64,000 bases of DNA from a virus: IMG/VR virus record IMGVR_UViG_3300026097_000010, positions 64,001-128,000 of that record; one strand, given 5' to 3'. Every line of letters begins with the position of its first letter. Position 1 is the first letter of the stretch. Positions 27,845 to 36,568 of this stretch are shown one piece after another. A program made the translations under genes and the position numbers. The notes beneath the pieces were generated by a model that was not told where the DNA came from, ran no database searches, and saw nothing but the letters and a program-made list of their open reading frames with translations.

Positions 27845-28328
27845 GAACGATCTAAAGATCGTTTGCGTTATCGCTTACGCTCAACGCATTTTTTTTAATT
27901 ATTAACTGCGAAGCAGTTTTAGTATTATCTAGATTGTTCGGTCATAAAGAGCCCGTTGCGGGGCTCAATATTTTCTGCACATTATCTGAGTTGCACAGTC
28001 ATAACAGCATTAGGATTATATGTATTGCTACACTCGCAGGCGGTTGGCCGATACCTGCTCATCCCGTTCGAGTTTCTAGTTGTCCAACGGCAGCCATGTA
28101 TATAAAATGCTGTCTTTTATACATGACCTGGGTTTGTTCCCATCCTTAGCCTATAAAATTTTGTTCTAAACGCATCAAACTGGTTAATTAGGCATATCCA
28201 GTCATCATCATCTGGTAGTGATACGAGTCTCCGCCGTCAAACGAATATTCAATTCCCTGCGCAACTCTGGTGCCAGGTGTAAGTCCACTATAACTGCGCC
28301 AGTGGAGGCTTAATTGACGGTGTTTTGC
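27845..28328 (-). ncRNA. Large structured non-coding RNA of unknown class downstream of the GIY-YIG gene
   Basis: Only long intergenic region in the window; more than 12 stems, several with G-U pairs and GNRA loops only on the minus strand, plus 2-3 loop-loop/pseudoknot complementarities. Confidence 0.7.
27864..27896 (+). terminator. Terminator-like hairpin with T8 on the plus (antisense) strand
   Basis: TGCGTT...AACGCA followed by TTTTTTTT; no plus-strand gene directly upstream. Confidence 0.4.
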
Positions 28329-28754
28329 CTATAATTTTTTAAGATGTTCTTTAAGAATGTTTGAACTGCCTACACGCACATTGATAATACCGTTATAGTA
28401 TTCATCCGTTTCTAGTACACGCCTGTCGAATTGCTCTTTAGCCTCTAGATAACTTAATACGCCTCTGCTAGGACAAAAATGAAGGATTTCTCTTGTGAAT
28501 TTGTCTGGGCCTAATGCCTTTACATCAGCATTTAGATGATCTGAAGATCCCCAATAGTCTCTCCAGTCACTTTCTACTGTGCTACGCCTTTTATTTTTTC
28601 TGCCTTTGAGTGGTGGTCTAGTTTTTTTGAATCGTGCTAGTTTTTTGCCTATGTATTTTTTATTGTTAGTAATATTTGTGATCAGATAGACAAAGCCTTC
28701 GCAATCTTTAGGAAGTTCTTGTACTATTTGACCGTTGTAAGTCCACTCTGACAT
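28329..28754 (-). CDS. Seg-type GIY-YIG endonuclease, catalytic domain only (141 aa)
   Basis: GFVYLITN..NKKYIGKK, YWGSS, FTREILHFC, LSYLE (catalytic Glu) and YYN; basic insert RFKKTRPPLKGRKNKRR; no C-terminal DNA-binding domain. Confidence 0.85.
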   Translation of the reverse strand: MSEWTYNGQIVQELPKDCEGFVYLITNITNNKKYIGKKLARFKKTRPPLKGRKNKRRSTVESDWRDYWGSSDHLNADVKALGPDKFTREILHFCPSRGVLSYLEAKEQFDRRVLETDEYYNGIINVRVGSSNILKEHLKKL

Positions 28755-28759
28755 CAGAC

Positions 28760-28987
28760 TTACTTAGTTTTCTTCGGTCTCCCTACCATGCCTTTTCTGG
28801 CGGCCTTTCGCGCTTCACGCTTTGCTTGTATTTCTTTGCGCCTCTCGGAAGCATGGTTTCTAATTTCACTCAGCCAAAAACGTGCTTTAATACCTGCTTC
28901 GTCAGAGCCTTTGTATTCAAAGTTTGTTTGCCATTTGAAGTATTCTTGGAATGCTTCAATCATTTTATCGTGACTGTCAGTGGCCAT
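28760..28987 (-). CDS. Small basic protein, Hc1 (histone H1-like) family-like
   Basis: KGSDEAGIKAR..LSEI....ERRKEI resembles the Hc1 KGNKAAGTRAR..E.RK core; basic tail ending GRPKK. Confidence 0.55.
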   Translation of the reverse strand: MATDSHDKMIEAFQEYFKWQTNFEYKGSDEAGIKARFWLSEIRNHASERRKEIQAKREARKAARKGMVGRPKKTK

Positions 28988-30762
28988 TACACTATATCTA
29001 CATCCGTTGAGTAGGAAGTGAATCCGTTTTCCTTGATCACTTTCAGAACTTGGCTGACTCTATTAGTTAAGTCATCTCTGTGAGATATTAAAAACACATT
29101 TTTGTCACGCTCACGGGTCATCTTTTTCAGCACACTTATGCTGTTTTCAACACCGTTCGCATCTAATCCGTTGTCAATCAGTTCGTCAATGAACAACAGG
29201 TTGATCGAGTGATACAGATTTTCCCACACATCTCTAAACGCAAAACTTAAAGACAGGATTAATCTGTTGCGTTCACCTCTTGATAGATTGTCAAAATCTA
29301 AATCCTGACCTAACTGTGTGATAATCACGCTGAGGTCATTTTGAAACTCCACTAGATGTGGCAGACCTGTCTTGTTCAAATAGTATGTAAGACGTTGATT
29401 TAAAAATGCAAGATTCTGATCGATAATGCGTTTGCGAATATAACTGTCCTTGTTGGTAAGCAGTTTGTATAAAAACTCTTGATGCTCTTTGATCCGAGTA
29501 AGTTCATTGACAGTGTCCCAGTTAATTTCTTGCATTGCACTGTCTTTCAGTTCTGCAATTTGATCGTCGTAAGGATTGGTTTCTGTGTTTTTGTTCTCTA
29601 ATTCTTTTTCTAATCCGTCAATCGTTGCTCTATGATTAAGAGCTTCTTCTAACGTACTGTATTCTACACTGGGACAATCACCGAGTTCTCCAATCAAAGA
29701 CAGTGCTTCATTATAATCTCCAAGCTCACTAGACTGTGTATCCACACGCTTTTGATAGTCAGCAACCTGCTCTGCTTTTTTCTCAACCATCGATTCGTGC
29801 TGATCGTCGTGAACTTCTTGACCGCAAGCGTGGCACTTGTGATCTGCCAGTTTTTCCAATTCGATTTGCAATTTGTCTAAATGACGTTGATCATTTTCTA
29901 CCTGTGTAACCAATCTTGCGACTGTTTTTTCAAGCTGATCTTTTTCTCTCTTGTGTTCACGCCATTGCTGTAGTGCTTTTTGTTTTTCAATTTCTACATC
30001 AATATCAATATGATCCAAGACAGAAATACTCTGTGCAATGTCTTTGAGAGACTGTGCTTTGTTATCATCCCACATACGCTTCTTGCGTTCAAGGCTTTCG
30101 ATGCTTTGTTGTATACGTTCGTTTGATGCTTTAATTGCTTCAATTTTGGTAGTTTCTGTCTGTATTTCGTCTTTGGTAAATTTAATCTGTTCTTTGAGAT
30201 TTTCTGCTTTTTCTGAAAGCATAGTAATACCCAGTAACTGTTCAATGATAGCTCGTTGGTCATTACTTCGCATACTCAAAAACGGTTCAGTATATGTGTT
30301 CAATGCCACAAGATGCTTGAACATATCGTGACTCATTCCGAACAGTTCTTCGATAGACTTTTGTGTTTCTCGGCTATCGCCTTGACTTTCGTCAGCATCT
30401 TCGGGTGTGTGTTCGTGACCGTTTACACTTAATTTTAGAAAATTGGGTTTGCGTCCACGTTCAATATGATATTCAACGCCGTCCTTTTCAAAGGAACATG
30501 TAACCAGCATATTCTTGCCATTGATTTTGTTAATAAGATTGTCTTTTTTAATATTAGTCAATGCAGAACCGTAAATGGCATAAGAAAGCCCGTTCACAAT
30601 GGTAGTTTTACCTGTTCCGTTTCTAGCACCACCATCATCGCCTCCTAGATCTAAGTTCTCACCTAACACCAAAGTAAGATGACCTTTATCAAAATCAATA
30701 GCCTGCGTTTGATTGCCCACACTCATAAAATTTTGTACTGTTAGTGTCTTGATTTTAATCAT
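28987..30762 (-). CDS. gp46: Recombination endonuclease ATPase subunit (gp46/Rad50/SbcC)
   Basis: Walker A NGTGKTT, coiled coil with CHAC zinc hook, LSRGE signature, LLFIDE Walker B, ISH. Confidence 0.95.
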   Translation of the reverse strand: MIKIKTLTVQNFMSVGNQTQAIDFDKGHLTLVLGENLDLGGDDGGARNGTGKTTIVNGLSYAIYGSALTNIKKDNLINKINGKNMLVTCSFEKDGVEYHIERGRKPNFLKLSVNGHEHTPEDADESQGDSRETQKSIEELFGMSHDMFKHLVALNTYTEPFLSMRSNDQRAIIEQLLGITMLSEKAENLKEQIKFTKDEIQTETTKIEAIKASNERIQQSIESLERKKRMWDDNKAQSLKDIAQSISVLDHIDIDVEIEKQKALQQWREHKREKDQLEKTVARLVTQVENDQRHLDKLQIELEKLADHKCHACGQEVHDDQHESMVEKKAEQVADYQKRVDTQSSELGDYNEALSLIGELGDCPSVEYSTLEEALNHRATIDGLEKELENKNTETNPYDDQIAELKDSAMQEINWDTVNELTRIKEHQEFLYKLLTNKDSYIRKRIIDQNLAFLNQRLTYYLNKTGLPHLVEFQNDLSVIITQLGQDLDFDNLSRGERNRLILSLSFAFRDVWENLYHSINLLFIDELIDNGLDANGVENSISVLKKMTRERDKNVFLISHRDDLTNRVSQVLKVIKENGFTSYSTDVDIV

Positions 30763-31769
30763 AAGTTTTGATAGATATCCAGTAATATTTTTTGATCGTA
30801 ATTTTCACTTTCGATTTGATTGAGCTGATTCATCACAATAGTATCAACACTTTCAAAGTTTAAATCAATAGGCTCTGATTGTGAATCCAGTTCTACTTTT
30901 TCTGGAATCATCATTAGTTCGCGAAGCCCGTATCTAGGAATAAGTTCTTCTTTAATAAAGTTTGCTTCTTCAAACGAAATTTCAACATCGATCGTTGCTC
31001 GAACATGCATTTTTTCTCGGAGAACAGAATCTGTGTCTTCTAGTAATTCACTGAGTTTCATGGTTCTGTAAACAGGCTGTTCAGGCCACGCTTCGTACTC
31101 AGGTACGCCTCCCCATTCTAAGGTCATCATTCCTCGATCATCGTCCCACGCATCTGCATAATTGTGCGGAAATGCATTGCCCATATACACAATATTGCCT
31201 TTTTGCTGACGTTTGTGAAAATGACCTGAAAACACATATTCTGCATTTTGAAAGTGACTAGAACGGAGAGTTCCGTGATCTGGCATTTGTACCATTGCAT
31301 TCATATAGAAACTAGGCAGTTCAAAATGTCCAAACATATATCTTGAAGTGTCTTTTTCAATCAGCTTCCATTCGTCACCCACTAACCAGGGAAATATAGT
31401 TACTTCGCCTTCTGTGAATGGTTCTCTGATAGGAACAACATTAGGAAACAGTCGCATAAACTCCACTGAGTTAATCTCACGCTTGTCTTTGTAAAACAGA
31501 TCGTGATTTCCTAGAATAAAATATACTTTTTCAAAGTTTTTGCTCAGTGTTTCTAGATTGCTCAGAGTATAGTTCATTGTGGATACATCTGTAGAACTAC
31601 GATTGTGATGCCAGTCGCCTAAAAAGATACAGGTTTCTGCACCTTTTTCTTGTGCTCTTTTACAGAACCAATCCACAAACTGTTCACAGTCGATATTGTG
31701 AACTCTGCTACCGCTTTTCATACCAAAATGAATATCGGTAAAGCAGGCCGCTTTTTTAAATAAAGACAT
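30759..31769 (-). CDS. gp47: Recombination endonuclease nuclease subunit (gp47/Mre11/SbcD)
   Basis: TDIHFG, LGDWHH, GNHD, GHFE and SGHFH metallophosphoesterase motifs. Confidence 0.95.
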   Translation of the reverse strand: MSLFKKAACFTDIHFGMKSGSRVHNIDCEQFVDWFCKRAQEKGAETCIFLGDWHHNRSSTDVSTMNYTLSNLETLSKNFEKVYFILGNHDLFYKDKREINSVEFMRLFPNVVPIREPFTEGEVTIFPWLVGDEWKLIEKDTSRYMFGHFELPSFYMNAMVQMPDHGTLRSSHFQNAEYVFSGHFHKRQQKGNIVYMGNAFPHNYADAWDDDRGMMTLEWGGVPEYEAWPEQPVYRTMKLSELLEDTDSVLREKMHVRATIDVEISFEEANFIKEELIPRYGLRELMMIPEKVELDSQSEPIDLNFESVDTIVMNQLNQIESENYDQKILLDIYQNL

Positions 31770-31786
31770 TATCTACCTCCATTAAG

Positions 31787-31815
31787 AGTATAGTTTAAAT
31801 TTAAATAAAAGTCAA
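31787..31815 (-). promoter_or_regulatory. Sigma70-type early promoter for the gp47-gp46-Hc1-GIY-YIG-RNA unit
   Basis: TTGACT-N17-TATACT, followed by GGAGG SD. Confidence 0.8.
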
Positions 31816-32658
31816 TCATTCGTCCCCGCTTGTGCCTCTTTCTTGGGTAAGTCCATTATCTCTACCTTCGTTCTGTCTGGTCCAACTAGGATTCATACCA
31901 TTCATTTCTAAAATATCGTCACGAATGTTTTGATTGCGTTTTTCAATGTTAATGATCCTTACAAATGAATTTGTAACAGCCGCAGTGTAGTATGCAAAAG
32001 GATTGTCTGATTTTGATTCATCGAACTGTAGTCCGATCTGTGCTAGCTGTAAAATAGCCTGCCCTTGCATTTCGTCATTGTAGGTATATCCTCGAACGTT
32101 GCCTCGTGTACCGTAACGTTCGCACAATTTCATCCACATTTTAGCCAGTTCGTTGGTGGCCATACCGTGGTCCTTAGAGAACTTACCACTGTCTAAAGGA
32201 CCACGCCAGTGACTTTTTCCTACGCATTCTAACTCTCCTTCGTCATTACTAAATTTCCAATGTTGGAACGGAGGAAAATTAACTTTTTCGTGTGCATCGG
32301 CAACAGTCTTTACTGTTTTCTTTCTGCCAGGTGCAAGCGGAATATGATCAAATGTCATAATTCTAAAAATCAACTCTTCTTTGGTAATTTTTCTATAATC
32401 GATTTCGAAATCTTTTAGGCTGGGCTTTTTTCCTTTATAATCTTGACAAGCAAGTTCGTGTGCTTCTTTGGCCAATCTTGCGGCCTTGTTTCGCTTTGCT
32501 TCAGCAACAGTCCGAATATTGATTTTGTCGATGCTAGGCAAAATTATATCGTACCGATGGTAATCTTTTTGAAGGTAAGAACAGAATGTATTCTTGCTCC
32601 TGTGAATTTCTTTCAATAAATCTTTATTGTTTAAATATTTTACTCGGCGCTGTGTCAT
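31816..32658 (-). CDS. gp55: Late transcription sigma factor (T4 gp55 family)
   Basis: YLNNKDLL..I, N.RGYTYNDEM, QFDESKSDNPFAYYT....NSF.RII..EK motifs. Confidence 0.9.
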   Translation of the reverse strand: MTQRRVKYLNNKDLLKEIHRSKNTFCSYLQKDYHRYDIILPSIDKINIRTVAEAKRNKAARLAKEAHELACQDYKGKKPSLKDFEIDYRKITKEELIFRIMTFDHIPLAPGRKKTVKTVADAHEKVNFPPFQHWKFSNDEGELECVGKSHWRGPLDSGKFSKDHGMATNELAKMWMKLCERYGTRGNVRGYTYNDEMQGQAILQLAQIGLQFDESKSDNPFAYYTAAVTNSFVRIINIEKRNQNIRDDILEMNGMNPSWTRQNEGRDNGLTQERGTSGDE

Positions 32659-32706
32659 GTTATGTGTATACTCCTATCGCTATTATAATAGCATATTTTT
32701 CTAAGA

Positions 32707-32713
32707 ATAAATA
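32707..32713 (+). promoter_or_regulatory. Late promoter ATAAATA heading the baseplate operon
   Basis: At the strand switch, 28 nt upstream of ATG 32741. Confidence 0.75.
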
Positions 32714-32740
32714 GAGTTAAGAATAGGAAATTTTACCAAA

Positions 32741-33805
32741 ATGGCATTAAAAATTAATCCTTTAGCAATTGCTGTTGGAGCAATTGCGGTACAAGCTGCA
32801 AGCCAGGCATCAAATGAAAACTCTGCAACAGTTCCGTCGCAGGTTTCAGAAAGCTCAAAACAAAGTCTAGATTCAACAGTTTCTAGATTGTCCGATGGAC
32901 TTGCAGAAGCACAACGAGGTGTTTCTGAAACCTTAGGAAATCTTGACGAAAGAATTAGCGATTTTGCAAATGATACATTCGGCAGTCTAACTGATACAGT
33001 TAGTACATTTCGAGATACAGCTGATATTGCAGGCGCATTAGACAAATTAACAGGCGGCAACCTCGCCGGCGGTTTATCTGACTTGGCATCGGGAATCTCT
33101 AAATCAGCAGGCATTCTTAACGATATTCTCAGTTTAAAAAGGGGAGCGAATCTCCCCGCAGGTGCTGATTTATTTCAAGCTTCAGGTCCAGCAATTAAAG
33201 TTCAACCTAACGCTAAAAATGACTGGAGAGTAAAAATTAATACTAATTGGGCAATTTTTAACTCTGCGTTATTCAAAAGACTAGAAGAAACTGGAGGTGT
33301 AGTATTTCCTTTTACACCTCAAATAACCTTTTCAACTTCTGCCAGTTATAACGAAATAGAACCAACACATAGTAATTATCCTTTCAATGCATATCAAAAT
33401 AGCAAAATTGAAGATATACAAATTAATGCAAATTTTGTAAATCAAACCGAACGAGATGCAGAATATTTTATAGCCGCTATGACATTTTTTAAAACAGCTA
33501 CAAAAATGTTCTACGGACAAGGCGCAAATGTAGGCAACCCGCCAATAATTTGTCATCTTTCGGGTTACGGCAGTCAAATGTTTGATAGGGTTCCGGTAGT
33601 TGTAACGAGTGTTAACTTAGATTTGCCGAATGATTGTGATTATATCAGATACACATCAGGAAACGATACTACCTGGGTACCATCAGACCTCAGTTTAAAT
33701 CTTAGTGTAAGACCGGTATACAATAGAGCACAATTGCGCCAGTTTAGTTTACAACAGTATGCTCAGGGTAATATGATCTCGCCAACCGGAGGAAGATACT
33801 TATAA
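32741..33805 (+). CDS. Baseplate tail-tube initiator-like protein (gp48/gp54-like)
   Basis: Tube-fold-like C-terminal domain (VFPFTPQI...PPIICHLSGYG..MF.RVPVV) immediately before gp53. Confidence 0.5.
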   Translation: MALKINPLAIAVGAIAVQAASQASNENSATVPSQVSESSKQSLDSTVSRLSDGLAEAQRGVSETLGNLDERISDFANDTFGSLTDTVSTFRDTADIAGALDKLTGGNLAGGLSDLASGISKSAGILNDILSLKRGANLPAGADLFQASGPAIKVQPNAKNDWRVKINTNWAIFNSALFKRLEETGGVVFPFTPQITFSTSASYNEIEPTHSNYPFNAYQNSKIEDIQINANFVNQTERDAEYFIAAMTFFKTATKMFYGQGANVGNPPIICHLSGYGSQMFDRVPVVVTSVNLDLPNDCDYIRYTSGNDTTWVPSDLSLNLSVRPVYNRAQLRQFSLQQYAQGNMISPTGGRYL

Positions 33806-34104
33806 TGGCAAGTTACAGTAAAAGTTCTCCGTATTCGTCTACTCCGCAAAATAGACTCTATCTGGAATTGTTAGATATAAGACCTGTTCCTGCAGAACCC
33901 GACGATTTTTTGTATACAATCGAAAGCCAATATCAACATCGTCCTGATTTATTAGCTTACGATTTATATGGCAACGAAAAGCTTTGGTGGGTATTTGCTC
34001 AAAGAAACATGGCAATTATTAAAGACCCTATATATGATTTTGAAATAGGAAATAAAATTTATTTGCCTAAAAAAACAAATTTAGAAAGATTTTTAGGAGT
34101 CTAA
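33805..34104 (+). CDS. gp53: Baseplate wedge LysM-like protein (gp53)
   Basis: RPDLLAYDLYGNEKLWWVFAQRN...IYLP. Confidence 0.85.
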   Translation: MASYSKSSPYSSTPQNRLYLELLDIRPVPAEPDDFLYTIESQYQHRPDLLAYDLYGNEKLWWVFAQRNMAIIKDPIYDFEIGNKIYLPKKTNLERFLGV

Positions 34105-34105
34105 T

Positions 34106-36568
34106 GTGGCTGCAGAATTCACTGAAAGACGGCTACAGTCGACTGGTAGCACCACAAATGCTAATATTGATAGAAGCCAGCCATATGTTGATATTCAAAA
34201 GAACGGCAAGACTGAAAGAATATACGGAGATCAAGCACAACTTGAATCTTTTAAACAGAAACAAGCCGCCCGAAAATCCACAAACACTGGAACTCAAAAC
34301 GTTTCAGTTGCATCTGGACAAGCAACTAATATAACAGGAATAGATGTTCCAGGCGCTATTAGTGAATTTATTAATAATTCACCCGAAGAAACATTGCAAT
34401 CGGCTACTAAAACTCAAACTCAAGGCGGCCGAGGACTTACAAACATAGTTGCTAACCCAATGGAGCAATTTGCTTCGTATACTCCATTGTGGACCATGGC
34501 TGTTTTAACTCCTACACAATTCAATGATCCTGCTTCGTATCGCACCGACGATTTAAGTTTTGCTGGAGATTTCGACATCAATTTCGAAACAGGAAATACA
34601 ATCGAATCAAGTATAATTTTTTCTAGTGCAGGAAGAGGAGACGAATATCGAACGACAACATTTTATGGATCTCCTGAATATTTTGTAGATAATTTTGTTA
34701 TGCGTTCAATAATATCAGCAACTCCTGCAACCGGAAATTCAAATGCAATAAAATTTGATTTTGAAATACACGAACCGTACTCTATGGGCCTTTTGTTACA
34801 GAGTATGCAAAATGCAGCTTTAAAAGCCGGATATGCAAATTATCTTGATAATTGTCCATATTTGCTAAGATTAGACTTCAAAGGATTTTCAGAAACCGGA
34901 CAAGAATATACTTCTATTAAACCGAAGTATTTTGTTATGAAATTGTCTAGCGTTAAATTTGAAGTAAATGAAGGCGGAAGTCTTTACAAAGTAGAAGCTA
35001 TTCCTTATAACCATCAAGCATTTAGTGATGCAATGGATATAACATTTAAGGATTTATCTTTAAAGGCCGGTAGCAAAGGAACAGTTGAAGAGTTGTTGGT
35101 TAACGGCCCAGAAAGTTTGGTGGCTGCACTTAATGCAAATGAACTGAAACTTGTAGAAGAAAAAAGAATTACTGTGCCTGACGAGTATGATATTCAATTT
35201 CCAGAAAAATCTAGCGACTTTCAGTCAAGATCTAAATTACCAGTTGAAAAAGGTGCTACAAAAAACCCAAAAGCAGGCAGCGGAAGAAAAGTCATCAAAG
35301 GAACAGATGTAGAAGTTGTTACTGATTTTACATCTAATCCTATAGGAAAATCATCTTTCGGATATGATGCAGGCCAAGGCGGCAATTTTGTTTTTAAGAA
35401 AGAAGGCGATGTTGTTGACGAAAAAACAGGAAAGATAAGAAGGGATCAAATGATAATTGATCCAAAAAACAGAACCTTTATGTTTAGTCAAGGACAGAGT
35501 TTAACAGACATTATAACACAAGTTGTTTTAAGTTCGCAATATGTAAAAAATGCAATTTCTCCTCCTGTAAATTCAGACGGATTTATTAGATGGTTTCGAT
35601 TGGATATACAGATAGAGTTTGGCCAGTTTGACTATCTAGTGGGAGATTACGCTAGAAAAATTACATTTCGTGTTGTACCGTTTTTGGTTCATCACAGCAT
35701 TTTTTCAAATCCCAATTCTGCACCAATCGGATACGATCAATTAGAAAAGAAAATTGCTAAACGGTACGACTATATCTATACCGGACAAAACAATGACATT
35801 ATAAATTTTGATATACAGATAAACAATTTATTTTATTCAGGAACTAATTCTAGTTCAGAAGGCAATACAGCCTCAGAACAGAATCCTGATATTAAAGGAG
35901 CCTCGCCGGATCCAGGACTTGAAACAGAAACTCCTGCAGGTGCCGCACCGGAGACGCAAGCTGCCCAGACTGGACGAGCTAGACCGATGGCAGATCCTGA
36001 TAATCTAAAAACTAAGTTTAAAGGAGGATCAGGATCTAAAGACACAGAACAGATGGTTGCTGAATCTTTTCATAATGCATTTATTACTGGAAGTAGTGCT
36101 GACATGGTAAGTTTAGATCTAGAAGTTTTAGGAGATCCGTATTGGCTAGTCGACAGCGGAATGTCAAATTATTTTGCAGACACTAACGAGCCTACTGATC
36201 TTATAAATGCTGATGGCACAGCAAATTATGAAGGCAGCGATGTCTATATCTATATTACATTCAGAACTCCTGCTGATATAGACATAGCATCGGGAATGTA
36301 TCAATTTAGTAAAAATCAAACTGAAAGCCCGTTCGGCGGCATATACAGGGTTACTATGTGTGAAAATACATTTAATGAAGGCAGATTTACACAAAAACTT
36401 AGATGCATAAGAATGCCGGGACAACCAGCAGATTACGACGGCGAGACTGCCACTAAAGATCCACAAAATGCACTGGCAGTCCAAACCGGAAAACAAAAAT
36501 CTGAAAAAACTGGAGTAAATGACGACTCGAAATCAGTAGCTAAAAGAGTGCTCGGAGGCAGCATTTAA
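34106..36568 (+). CDS. Baseplate hub protein (gp27-like)
   Basis: Between gp53 and gp5; C-terminal LEVLGDP and FGGIYRV...F..GRFTQKL hub motifs. Confidence 0.6.
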   Translation: MAAEFTERRLQSTGSTTNANIDRSQPYVDIQKNGKTERIYGDQAQLESFKQKQAARKSTNTGTQNVSVASGQATNITGIDVPGAISEFINNSPEETLQSATKTQTQGGRGLTNIVANPMEQFASYTPLWTMAVLTPTQFNDPASYRTDDLSFAGDFDINFETGNTIESSIIFSSAGRGDEYRTTTFYGSPEYFVDNFVMRSIISATPATGNSNAIKFDFEIHEPYSMGLLLQSMQNAALKAGYANYLDNCPYLLRLDFKGFSETGQEYTSIKPKYFVMKLSSVKFEVNEGGSLYKVEAIPYNHQAFSDAMDITFKDLSLKAGSKGTVEELLVNGPESLVAALNANELKLVEEKRITVPDEYDIQFPEKSSDFQSRSKLPVEKGATKNPKAGSGRKVIKGTDVEVVTDFTSNPIGKSSFGYDAGQGGNFVFKKEGDVVDEKTGKIRRDQMIIDPKNRTFMFSQGQSLTDIITQVVLSSQYVKNAISPPVNSDGFIRWFRLDIQIEFGQFDYLVGDYARKITFRVVPFLVHHSIFSNPNSAPIGYDQLEKKIAKRYDYIYTGQNNDIINFDIQINNLFYSGTNSSSEGNTASEQNPDIKGASPDPGLETETPAGAAPETQAAQTGRARPMADPDNLKTKFKGGSGSKDTEQMVAESFHNAFITGSSADMVSLDLEVLGDPYWLVDSGMSNYFADTNEPTDLINADGTANYEGSDVYIYITFRTPADIDIASGMYQFSKNQTESPFGGIYRVTMCENTFNEGRFTQKLRCIRMPGQPADYDGETATKDPQNALAVQTGKQKSEKTGVNDDSKSVAKRVLGGSI

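Noticed and set aside
27934-28149. 71-aa plus-strand ORF within the long intergenic region
   Set aside because: TTG start, no SD, atypical composition, and antisense to a heavily base-paired element; better explained as non-coding RNA.
27845-28754. Group I intron with homing endonuclease, RNase P RNA or tmRNA
   Set aside because: Flanking genes are intact with their own starts and stops; no group I P7 (R/S) motifs, no RNase P GAGGAAAGUCC, no tRNA-like tmRNA ends.
32682-32720. Full sigma70 promoter for gp55
   Set aside because: A TATAAT/extended -10-like sequence is present, but there is no convincing -35 at proper spacing in this AT-rich DNA.
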